NCBI GenBank assembly: GCA_054661495.1
Contig: BAAFSQ010000048.1
Coordinates: forward strand, 1 to 32,000
DNA length: 32,000 bases
Reading direction: 5' to 3'
Source: Zygophlyctis sp. KS116
Lineage: Eukaryota > Fungi > Chytridiomycota
The notes under the pieces are model-generated. The model was not told the DNA's origin. It searched no databases and worked only from the letters and a program-made list of their open reading frames with translations. The position numbers and the translations under genes were made by a program. Below are positions 12,846 to 23,116 of the stretch, piece after piece; the first letter of the stretch is position 1; the number at the start of each line of letters is the position of its first letter.

Positions 12846-14055
12846 TCAATCTTTATTCAAGTCAACAACGATACTGGAAAATATTGATGGGAATACAGAT
12901 TCAATGTCTGCTGCAGACGGTCCTGCTTCTTCTGTTGTATTCTGTTGAGTTTCGAAGACTAGATCGTTTGCATTCCGGCCTTGATCATCCAGTCTATCTT
13001 CAGTGACGCCTTCTAAATCTGGTGAATCATCGACTTCGGCCTTTACAGATTTGGGTGTTCTGAAAATTACGAGGAGAGTAGTCGCTACTAATCCAGTAGC
13101 GCCTACAATTCCTCCAACAATATACCCATTATTAGAACCAGAATTAGAATTAGATTCATCACCAGAGGTAGATGTGCCATTATAGATGGTTGAGATTGAT
13201 GCGGACGGGGCCATCAAATTCGAGTCTTTGGTGTCTGATGGTAAATCAGTTTCACCAATATTTTCTGGAACTTGTCTGGCAGTAGGAAAGTTCTTTTCAC
13301 ATCTTTGATCATAGCTAGCATCATTACAGACTACAATATTAGTTCCAGATGTATCTCTTTCAAGTTAATAAAGTATATTTACAATTCAGCATTTGGGATC
13401 TTGACTGCTCCTGTTAGGCCTGGATTCTTTTTGAAATCACTAATACTTAAATATATGGAATTACGCAATAGTAATGTTTGCAATTTGACTTAATGAAGCC
13501 GGAACTTCACCAGAAAAGTTGTTATTTTCTAACCAACTATGATTAATGCAAATTTATCCTACAGTCCTTGAATATTTGAAAGTTGTCCGATTGTGTCTGG
13601 AATAGCCCCAGAGATTTGATTGTACCAAAGAACAATCTTTTCAAGGCTTTCCAATCCACCAATGGCACTTGGGATAGACTTGAGTCTATTATATCCCAAA
13701 TCTAGTATTTTCAATGCTTTTAAATTCTGAATTGAAGTCGGGAGCTCTCCAGTGAGCTGATTAGCTCCTAAATACAGATTGCGTAAATCTAGTAGACTTC
13801 CAATTTCTGGTGGGATAATGCCGTCTAAGCCCTTTCTCCTCCAATCACTTTAAAAGTTAGAAAATATATTTACATTTCAACAACCTTGCTGTCATCACAG
13901 ACAATACCTGGAATAACCCCGGAGCAGCAACTTTTCTGATCGTCCAACGACAAATCAGACGCTTTTCCCATCGATCTCCACAATCCAATCACTACCGAAC
14001 AATCAGATGCTGCTACTACACTCAATAAGCTAATCAATAATCCTGATTGTTTCAT
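12846..14055 (-). CDS. LRR receptor-like membrane protein (signal peptide, plant-type LRRs, Ser/Thr stalk, one TM, acidic tail)
   Basis: Spliced product has a Cys cap (CCSGVIPGIVC), repeats such as LRNLYLGANQLTGELPTSIQNL and LWYNQISGAIPDTIGQL, and TM YIVGGIVGATGLVATTLLVIF. Confidence 0.85.
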
Positions 14056-14110
14056 TTTTATTCAATGTTTACCAAACAATTGTTCACGTGCAGTACCATT
14101 ATCTGATCTA

Positions 14111-14399
14111 TCAATCGCATGAAAGAGCTTTTAGCTTCTCTAAAATTATTTCATTCGGACATGATTGAATCTCATAAGCACTATTCTCTTACATAAATAA
14201 ATAGATACCATTCTTTTAATATGTCGTATTTTGAACAAGCACATTTCTGAAAATCATCCCTGGATTCAGATTCGAAGAAGCAATCTCTCAGTATGTTTGA
14301 TGTACATTTACTGAAATCACGATCGCAAGTCCTTTCGGACATCCTTGCAGTTGCAGTTGCAAACATAAAAATCCAAAACGTTGAATATAAAAGTTTCAT
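14111..14399 (-). CDS. Small secreted 8-Cys protein (~86 aa)
   Basis: Signal peptide MKLLYSTFWIFMFATATA; intron 14181-14208 gives CDRDFSKC...DC...KCACSKYDILKEC/AYEIQSC...LSCD*. Confidence 0.75.
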
Positions 14400-14856
14400 A
14401 CTATTTTCTCTAGTCTCAAGCTTACGCCTACCCTTTTATATATCTGAAGAGACCTGTTTAAGGATGATAAGCCATTTACGAAGGCTTGTGAGGTGCTTTT
14501 GTCCCCGGCACTTAGCTAGCGAAATTAGTCGGGAATCAAAATGCACTAGTCAAGTGATTTCCGATTGCAATCGAACAAGATAAGAAATACACAGTAATAA
14601 CTGTCTAAATAACGAGCTAGGTCATTATTTGATGTCGTCCGATCGAAAGGGTTTACACTGTCTAGAAATCATATCTCACTCGTCATATTCATTTAGCATT
14701 TCTATTCATATCTATTTAGCATTATATATAGCTTTAGTAAGATCATTTAAATCCACCCCAATATTTATAACTACCGGTATAATCCCTCATTAATGTCGTT
14801 CGGACATCACGACTTCATAAATATGATGAAACAATATATCAATCTTTATTCAAGTC
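14317..14856. repeat. Copy 1 of a ~540-bp near-identical direct repeat
   Basis: Matches 14905-15452 except for a few substitutions and an 8-bp indel. Confidence 0.95.
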
Positions 14857-14904
14857 AACAACGATACTGGAAAATATTGATGGGAAATTCCCATCACTCT
14901 AAAC

Positions 14905-15452
14905 TCACGATCGCAAGTCCTTTCGGACATCCTTGCAGTTGCAGTTGCAAACATAAAAATCCAAAAAGTTGAATATAAAAGTTTCATACTATTTTCTCTA
15001 ATCTCAAGCTTACGCCTACCCTTTTATATATCTATATATCCGAAGAGACCTGTTTAAGGATGATAAGCCATTTACGAAGGCTTGTGAGGTGCTTTTGTCC
15101 CCGGCACTTAGCTAGCGAAATTAGTCGGGAATCAAAATGCACTAGTCAAGTGATTTCCGATTGCAATCGAACAAGATAAGAAATACACAGTAATAACTGT
15201 CTAAATAACGAGCTAGGTCATTATTTGATGTCGTCCGATCGAAAGGGTTTACACTGTCTAGAAATCATATCTCACTCGTCATATTCATTTAGCATTTCTA
15301 TTCATATCTATTTAGCATTATATATAGCTTTAGTAAGATCATTTAAATCCACCCCAATATTTATAACTACCGGTATAATCCCTCATTAATGTCGTTCGGA
15401 CATCACGACTTCATAAATATGATTAAACAATATATCAATCTTTATTCAAGTC
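14905..15452. repeat. Copy 2 of the direct repeat; carries only the 5' end of the 8-Cys gene plus its upstream region
   Basis: Starts tcacgatcgcaagtcc and ends caatctttattcaagtc, as copy 1 does. Confidence 0.95.
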
Positions 15453-15701
15453 TCAATGTAAAAATCGAATCTTTTCTCTTATGGATACATTAAGGCGGAC
15501 TGGTCTTACCTAACAAACCGAGTCTGAATACTTGGACGATCTTTTGTGTTTGATATTTCTAAGAAATCTATTTTAACTTTAGCTTGATTATATTTATAGA
15601 TAGAATCCGGACAGATCAATTGATAAATGGTTCGGACACTGTCATTTTAAGTGATTTTATAAGTGATTAAAATTGTGATAATACTCTGCTAAAAAAAATC
15701 A

Positions 15702-17435
15702 ATGGATCATTGTTTTATCTGTACCGAACCAATAAAGATATATTCTATAGGATCTTGTAATCATCCGGTCTGCCATATTTGCTCTTTAAGACTCAGAAGT
15801 CTTTATAAAAACTTTAATTGTTCCTTTTGTAAAACAGAAATTCCACAAGTTGTGTTTTCTAGTAAAAAGGAGTTTTCGTCTGGCGGCTTGAAAGACTCAA
15901 AGTTGGGCATAATGTTTGCCGACTCTTCAATCAAAAATACTTGTCTGCAACTATTACAGTTTACTTGTCCTGTCACCGATTGCGTTTACTCGGCCGATGG
16001 ATGGAAGAGTTTGAAGGATCATGTCTCTAGAATTCACAAGAAGGGATTTTGTAATATTTGTATTCAACACAGAAAAGGTATTTTCAATATAATCTCTAAA
16101 AATTATTTAGCATTTACTTTTGAATTCAAGTTATATAATCAAAATGAACTCTCTAGACATAAAGTAAAGGGAGATCCAGATGATTTATCTTTTAAAGGTC
16201 ATCCAAAATGTGATTTTTGTTCAGATTTTTATTACTCAAAAGATGAATTATTTACTCATTTGAAACAATCTCATGAATCTTGCTTTGTATGTAAGAAGAT
16301 GGGAGTTCAAGATGTTTATTATCAAAATTATTCAAGTTTAGAAAAACATTTTAGGGTCGAACATATAGTTTGTTTAGAAAATGAATGTTTAGAGAGGAAA
16401 TTTGTGGTTTTTGAAAATGAAATAGACTTTAAGGATCATCAAATACAAACTCATCCAGAAAAGTTGGGGAAAAAAGGAAAAGGCAGAGTTATTGATATTC
16501 AATTCAACTATTCTTCAAGGAATGAAGGCTCAAAGGAGTATTCCAGACCAAAAGTTTCTCAAAGAGAACAGAATAATGGTGGATTTGATATTCCTATAGA
16601 CTTAACTTTCAATACAAATGAAATTTCTAAAAAAGTTCCTGTAGGATTTGGTGCACAACTATCAGATTCTGTCAATGTAGAATCTAATAACACTAGGAGA
16701 AATCAAAAAAATCTACAAGAATCATCAAAAGAATCCCAAAATTCTCAAAATACAAGTCCTGAACTTTTAGAATTATCAGATTTACAAGTTTCAGAAAATA
16801 TCTCTATTCTTTTAAATAAGAACAAGACTAAATACGCACAATTTAATTCTATTTATGATGCTTTCAAGTCTAATGTAGTCTCTGCACAAGAATTTTTAAC
16901 GGTATTTATAGATTTATGTGTTTCAGAAGTTGATTATAATTTCAAAAAAGACGTTTTAAGAGACTTGGGAAAAGTATGGCGCCGACTAGCAGATATAACA
17001 CTTGTAGAATCTAAAAAGAGTAAAAAGAAGGGAATCCCATTAGATTTAAGTGGAAACAATGGAAACCAAGAAATGTTAAAAGCCTGGAATAATTACAAAA
17101 TCAAAAATTCAAATGATGTTACACCTTGGGAATCTACATCTACATTTTCAGCCAAAGCACGACTTTTACATGAACCAACCAAATCCGGACCTAATATTTT
17201 AGTCTTAAACTCTTCTCAACTCCCTACTTCAACTTTTAGAAATTTCAACTCTAATTGGTCTAGTAAAACACCAGCTCATAAACTAGAAGAATCAAATCTA
17301 AAAGATTTCCCAAGTCTTCCTAGTTCCTCTAAAACTGTTAATGTTTTACAAAAGAAATCTAATAATGGAAAAGAACAAGAAGACATTGAATGGAAAAAAA
17401 AGGGAAAGAAAAAAGTCTTGATGCATTTTGGTTAA
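15702..17435 (+). CDS. HEL2: RING + C2H2 ribosome quality-control E3 ligase Hel2/ZNF598
   Basis: N-terminal RING CFIC...CNHPVCHICSLRLRSLYK...CSFCK, GHPKCDFC, CLERKFVVFENEIDFKDH, C-terminal KKKGKKKVLMHFG; probable in-frame intron at 16078-16110. Confidence 0.92.
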   Translation: MDHCFICTEPIKIYSIGSCNHPVCHICSLRLRSLYKNFNCSFCKTEIPQVVFSSKKEFSSGGLKDSKLGIMFADSSIKNTCLQLLQFTCPVTDCVYSADGWKSLKDHVSRIHKKGFCNICIQHRKGIFNIISKNYLAFTFEFKLYNQNELSRHKVKGDPDDLSFKGHPKCDFCSDFYYSKDELFTHLKQSHESCFVCKKMGVQDVYYQNYSSLEKHFRVEHIVCLENECLERKFVVFENEIDFKDHQIQTHPEKLGKKGKGRVIDIQFNYSSRNEGSKEYSRPKVSQREQNNGGFDIPIDLTFNTNEISKKVPVGFGAQLSDSVNVESNNTRRNQKNLQESSKESQNSQNTSPELLELSDLQVSENISILLNKNKTKYAQFNSIYDAFKSNVVSAQEFLTVFIDLCVSEVDYNFKKDVLRDLGKVWRRLADITLVESKKSKKKGIPLDLSGNNGNQEMLKAWNNYKIKNSNDVTPWESTSTFSAKARLLHEPTKSGPNILVLNSSQLPTSTFRNFNSNWSSKTPAHKLEESNLKDFPSLPSSSKTVNVLQKKSNNGKEQEDIEWKKKGKKKVLMHFG

Positions 17436-17487
17436 TATTAAAAAAACACTTTAATTCTACTTAATTGGTTAGGGCGGTTGAGTTGAA

Positions 17488-18099
17488 ATGGCGGACAAGA
17501 GAGAAGCCAGAAAAAGAAAGATTGCCATGTCTGCTGAAGAGCGTCTAGCAAAAATCACTGGATTATACAAGAGCACACAAGATGAAAAACCAAAAATCCA
17601 ATTTGCGTCTGATAATTCTGACCCAAGAGTTGAAGAAATTGAAACTTGTTTTGAACCTGTTGCTAAAATCAATCCAGAGACATCTAGTCTAGGAGCATCA
17701 GAACCATTAAATCCCATGGAACCATCAGACCCATCAGAATCAATGGAAGAATCAACCATAAAACTCTCTGAATTTAGAATTTCTAATGAATTTTCTCTTC
17801 GCCTTTTAGCAACTTTTCTCTTGGGAATATATTCAGTCTATATAGGAAACTCAAATCAAGACTTGAAATTTATTGGAAATATGTTTACTGCATTTCAAGT
17901 TTTGGGTTCAATCCAAGAATTCTATTCTCATCAGAAATATATATACAATGACTACTTGAAAATGGTTGGATTGGGATCTCAAAAGATTGATTTATTAATG
18001 AGAATTTATGATGGAATCTGTAATGATTTATACATGTTTGTGTTTACTTTTGGAATCACAAGTACGCTAAGTACTATATTGGTTCAAGAGAATGTATGA
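17488..18099 (+). CDS. GET2/CAML-like tail-anchored protein insertase subunit
   Basis: Basic N-terminal helix REARKRKIAMSAEERLAKITG, a low-complexity linker and C-terminal hydrophobic segments. Confidence 0.6.
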   Translation: MADKREARKRKIAMSAEERLAKITGLYKSTQDEKPKIQFASDNSDPRVEEIETCFEPVAKINPETSSLGASEPLNPMEPSDPSESMEESTIKLSEFRISNEFSLRLLATFLLGIYSVYIGNSNQDLKFIGNMFTAFQVLGSIQEFYSHQKYIYNDYLKMVGLGSQKIDLLMRIYDGICNDLYMFVFTFGITSTLSTILVQENV

Positions 18100-18171
18100 A
18101 TACAATAAATGATTCGAAATATCTCAAGTAGGCGTGTCTATTAAAAAACCTGAAACAGTCAAGTCACCCTA

Positions 18172-19918
18172 ATGGAAAACAAGAAAAGAGCGTCAACATC
18201 AAATGACGAGGGCCTTGTATCCAAATATCCAAACTTTCTATCAAATTTTGAAAACTGTCCAATGGCTGCTAAAATTGAATTTTTAAATGAGATTATTCAA
18301 ATTTCACCACCAGAATTATTATCAAAATTTGTAGAAATTTCCAATTTTAAACTCAAAACTGATTTTATTTCAAGTTTGCCAGTGGAACTGTCGTTTGAAG
18401 TCTTGTCTTTTTTAGATTTAAAGACGCTCGCAAACTGTTATTTAGTATGTAAAAGATGGAGACAGGTTCTGGCAGGTCCAGGAAGTGAATTGGCGGTCTG
18501 GAAAAAATTATTAATTCAAGAAGATTATTACAGAGAAGATCAAGTACTGGATGCATTAATACCACCATACAATAAGAGTAACCCACCACCTCACTTGTAC
18601 AATCAGTTATTTAGAAAACATCATGAAATTACTCAAAATTGGTATTTAGGAAAAGGTCGGCATATCTCTTTTCCTGGTCATGGGTCGCATGTGGTGACTT
18701 GTCTACAATTTGATTCTCAGAAAATTGTTTCTGGTTCGGATGATCAAACTATACATATATATGATACAAAAACTGGTCTTTTATTGAAAAAGTTGTTGGG
18801 ACATGATGGTGGTGTTTGGGCTTTACAATATTGGAATAATATTCTTGTAACTGGTTCTACAGATCGAACAATAAGGATATGGAATATGGAAAATGGAGTT
18901 TGTAATCATATTTTTGGTGGTCATACTTCGACTGTTCGTTGTTTACAAATTATACTACCAAGTAATGTAAATGGAATTACAACTCCTAATTTTCCATTAA
19001 TTGTAACTGGATCTAGAGATGCAACATTAAGAATTTGGAGATTACCTGATCCAGATGTAGATGAAGCATTTTTAGATCCAGAAAGATCTGATAGAAATCC
19101 TTATCTGTTACATATTTTAACAGGTCATTCAAATTCTGTCAGAGCTATTGCTGGATCTGGAAATATTCTAGTTTCTGGTTCTTATGATTCTAATGTTCGT
19201 ATTTGGGATTTAGAAACAGGAAAATGTAAATGGGTATGTACAGGTCATACAGAAAAAGTATATTCTGTAGGATATTCTCCTGAATTAGAAATTGCCGTAT
19301 CAGGCTCAATGGATGCAACTGTAAGAATTTGGTGTGCAAAAACTGGACAAGCTTTACATATTTTAGAAGGTAAGAGGTTTAAGTCTTAATCAAGGACATT
19401 CTTCTCTTGTTGGGTTATTAGAAATATCTCCAGATTATCTTATTTCAGCAGCAGCAGATGCAACTCTTCGTATTTGGAATCCAATTACAGGAAAATGTCT
19501 AGCTAATCTTGTTGGGCATTCAGCAGCAATTACATGTTTCCATCATGACCCTAAAACAAATCGAATAGTTTCAGGAAGTGATGGAGCAATCAAAGTATGG
19601 GAATTATCATCTATTGGAAATGGTACACGTTCTATCCCATTGTCTAGCCCACTTTCAAAGAGTCTAGTATATAATCAAGGCCCAGATGGACTTGAACCTG
19701 TCCATGGTAGATTTGTTCGTAATCTTATAACTGGAGTACAAGGAGTTTGGAGAATTCGAATGCATGGGACAGTCCTAGTAGCAGCTGTACAAAAAGAAGG
19801 GGGAAGAACCTGGTTTGAAGTAATTGATTTTTCAGAGCCATTATGTGAACATTTAACATTAGTTGATGAGATGGAAGAAGATGATTTTTCTGGTGATGAA
19901 TTGGAAGACGATGATTAA
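18172..19918 (+). CDS. CDC4: F-box/WD40 SCF substrate receptor, Cdc4/FBXW7-like
   Basis: D-domain/F-box DFISSLPVELSFEVLSFLD; WD repeats with HVVTCLQFD, GHDGGVWAL, GHTSTVRCL; intron 19370-19394. Confidence 0.85.
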
Positions 19919-19981
19919 AACAAGATTTTCTTAGAATTAAATTGTGAGTGTTTTTGAGAGAGTGTTTTAGGTTTGAGTGTA

Positions 19982-20293
19982 ATGAAAACATTCAAAGTCT
20001 CTGGCCTCCTTCAAAACCTGACTCAAGGACTTGGATCTAAAATAAAACTTGAAAAGATTCCTAAAAAAATCACTATCCAAATTGGACCTGACAATTCCGG
20101 AAAAATGCTGTCTCTTTTACTAGTTAACCAATTACCAAGATTATACTATTCTAACCCAGACCTAAACTTTGAAGTTTCCAATGGCCCTGAATCTAGTTTA
20201 ACTGTTGAAAACAATCTAATCAAAAAAGTAGGATTAAATGAAAAATCTGAAATCGTATTTAATTCATTAATAAAAACTATTGAATCTGTTTAA
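19982..20293 (+). CDS. Probable mitochondrial ribosomal protein (L51/S25/CI-B8 fold, Mrp49/mL61-like)
   Basis: LPRLYYSNPDLNFEV resembles the LPxLxxxNP motif of this family. Confidence 0.55.
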   Translation: MKTFKVSGLLQNLTQGLGSKIKLEKIPKKITIQIGPDNSGKMLSLLLVNQLPRLYYSNPDLNFEVSNGPESSLTVENNLIKKVGLNEKSEIVFNSLIKTIESV

Positions 20294-20300
20294 TTTCTTC

Positions 20301-20416
20301 CTAAAACTTGTAAAACCTTTGGAAAACCTTAAAACTTTGGAAAACTTGTAAAACCTTAAAACAGTAGGTGTAAAACCTTCGTAAAACCTTAAAACAGTAG
20401 GTCTAAAGAAAACCTT
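20301..20416. repeat. Degenerate AAAAC(C)TT tandem array upstream of RPS15
   Basis: About 11 AAAAC cores in ~115 bp; gtaaaaccttaaaacagtaggt occurs twice. Confidence 0.8.
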
Positions 20417-20517
20417 GGACTGAATAAAATCTTGCATGGTTGGTGGTTGGTTGTACAAGGAAATCTGGAGTGGCGTTGACAAGTTGAAAAAAAGGGTTCA
20501 ATTAACTGACGAGAAAA

Positions 20518-21005
20518 ATGGTAATTTGCTATTTTGAAGTTTAATTTTCTAGGCTGATTTTGATTCCACTGATAAGCAAGAAGTTGTTAAAAAAAGAACT
20601 TTTAAGAAATTTACCTTTAGAGGTGTTGATTTGGAACAATTGTTGGAATTAAATACAGATCAATTGATTAATCTAGTACATTGTCGTGCAAGAAGAAGAT
20701 TTAACAGAGGACTAAAAAGAAAATATAATTCTCTCATCAAGAAACTTCGTATTGCTAAAAAGGATGCTCCTCTTGGAGAAAAACCAAGTGCTGTCAAGAC
20801 TCATTTAAGAGATATGATTATTGTTCCTGAAATGATTGGATCAGTTGCTGGAATTTATAATGGAAAAGTGTTTAATGCTGTTGAAATTAAACCTGAAATG
20901 GTTGGTCATACTCTAGGAGAATTTTCAATCACTTATAAACCTGTTAAACATGGAAGACCTGGTATTGGTGCTACTCATAGTTCTAGATTTGTTCCATTGA
21001 AATAA
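20518..21005 (+). CDS. RPS15: 40S ribosomal protein S15 (uS19)
   Basis: ATG-only exon, intron 20521-20552, then [19 protein letters not shown]...[17 protein letters not shown]...[18 protein letters not shown]. Confidence 0.97.
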
Positions 21006-21130
21006 ATATGGTTTCTCCACTTGAATTCACTTACTAAGATTTAAGATTTAAGATTTTTAAGATTCAAGACGCATGAAGAGAACAAGATTGGGCGGTCCAA
21101 GTATTGGGCGGTCCAAGGTAAGGCTTTTAA

Positions 21131-21905
21131 ATGTACGCAAACGAATATAATCTTGGTAATTCAAAGACAAGTACAGGTCAAATGAATAATGGAAATAATG
21201 GAGGTAAGATTAATAAAATTCAATAGAAAAACAGGTTACAATAATGATTCTAATTTGTCATTTCAGACATTTTCTTATCAAGAGTCTCAGTATTCTCAAC
21301 CTTCTCAACAGTATTCATCTTACTCTACAAATTATCCTCAAAAAGTGACTTTAGAATCAATACGGTCTGCATTCTCTTGTGATGGATTAGGAAATGAACC
21401 GCCATTACTACAGGAATTGGGAATAAATTTCCAACATATTCTTTCAAAATCTCTAGTTGTACTAAATCCCTTGAAAAAAGTTGATGGTCATTTAATGGAT
21501 GATGCGGATTTAGCGGGTCCTCTGATTTTTTGTTTTTTATTTGGTGGACTATTATTATTATCAGGAAAAGCACATTTTGAATACATTTATGGTGTTGCGG
21601 TTGTTGGTGTACTCTCAATTTATGGAATTTTAAATTTAATGTCTGAAAATGGTATTGATATTTATAGATCTGCTTCTGTTATGGGATATTCTCTACTTCC
21701 AGTAGTTTTATTTACTTCTCTATCTACTATTATGGGATGGTCTGGTTATTTGGTACTGGGAATTTCATTATTTTCTATAATTTGGTGTACTTACTCTGCA
21801 TCTTTAATATTTACAACTGTATTAGCAATGGATGAAGTAAGATTGTTGGTAGCGTATCCAATTGCATTAGTGTATAGTGCTTTTGTGTTACTGGCAGTTT
21901 TCTAA
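21131..21905 (+). CDS. YIP1: Yip1/YIPF5 ER-Golgi membrane protein
   Basis: NEPPLLQELGINFQHI, MDDADLAGPLIFC, SVMGYSLLP, LVAYPIALVY; intron 21204-21234. Confidence 0.93.
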
Positions 21906-22455
21906 AGACACAAGGAAGATTAAGAAATATAAATTCTTCTTGATTGACTAGTGCAAGCGAATTTTCTTGCAAGATCTGAGATTTGCTTAGCGACTGAGTT
22001 TCAATATCCTTCACTTCTAAAAGTTCTGATGGGATCGTAAATTCTCCTTGAGATACCTAGAGATTAATAACAAAACATTTACTATTTTAGGATATCCCTT
22101 TCTACATGCAACTGCAAGAGGCCTAATATAAGATGTGAATGAATTCATACGTTGATCCATATACAGGACGTTTGCAGTTTACATTTGCTTTGTCCCATAG
22201 TTTCATATAAACCTAAAAACATCAATCTCTTGAAACGATTACTTTGTCTAGATCTCCCGATTCACAAGCTTCTAATAGCTGTTGATCATTAACAGTTAAA
22301 GGTTTCTTAGTTGGAATAATTTCAGGAATTCCCGAATCATTGGCTAATGGATTTGATTGAACTGGACTCAATGAAAATTTCCCCTTTTGAAATCTTGAAT
22401 TGACAGAACTGGAATTTTTAACCAATGGCCTTGATTTGATCTGCTTTGAAGTCAT
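21906..22455 (-). pseudogene. Ankyrin-repeat gene, apparently broken after the first repeat
   Basis: LLEACESGDLDKV...ANVNCKRPVYGSTPLAVACRKGYPKI, then non-ankyrin sequence whose frame runs without a stop into the antisense of YIP1. Confidence 0.55.
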
Positions 22456-22478
22456 AAAAAGCAATGACGTAACAAAAT

Positions 22479-23068
22479 CTATATTATACTCACATCATGT
22501 AATGCTACACACGTGACAGCTTTTTGATGTCCATTATAATGTCTAATAGTCTCACCATTTGATAAATCCCACAACCTAGCAGAATTATCAGATGATCCAG
22601 TAACTAAATATGCAGAGTCTGCAGAAAAAGAACAATCCCAAACCCATCTTTGATGTCCAGAAAGAACCTTGTCTAATTTAAATTTGTAATATAGATACTG
22701 ATCTAACAGGTATATCTTCTTCAGGTATTAATTCATGAGTACATGAATTCTCTGTTAAATCCCAAATCTTTATGCTCCCCGACTGATCACCCGTGATTAA
22801 TTCCCCTAATATTATCTAATCTGGACAAACCTTGATTAGGATGAATCATGACATCATTTACAGGATTCTAAAACATAAATATATTATACTTACATTCAAT
22901 TGATAATCTCTTTGAATCCCTGGCGCTCTAATATCCCATATTTTAACAGTTCCATCTTCTGATCCAGTACACAACCATCTTCCAGCCGACTGAAACCCAG
23001 CAGAAGTCACATTCCCTGTATGGCCTTCAAATGAAGTTATAGAGTTTGCAGAATTAGACTGAACGTCA
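22479..23068 (-). pseudogene. LST8: LST8 (TOR complex WD40 subunit) fragment, 5'-truncated with an internal frameshifting deletion
   Basis: SFEGHTGNVT...GSEDGTVKIWDIR...HPNQGELITGDQSG...[14 protein letters not shown] jumps out of frame at ~22690 to [30 protein letters not shown]. The N-terminal WD region is missing. Confidence 0.85.
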
Positions 23069-23116
23069 CTTAACATGTAATTTATGACATAATCCACATT
23101 CTAGATCGAGTCTATA

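Noticed and set aside
14317-15452. LTR pair of a retroelement (TRIM/solo LTRs)
   Set aside because: No TG...CA ends, PBS/PPT or TSD; the repeat consists of host gene 5' sequence and its upstream region.
21035-21066. TAAGATT tandem repeat after RPS15
   Set aside because: Short slippage-type repeat with nothing further to support a role.
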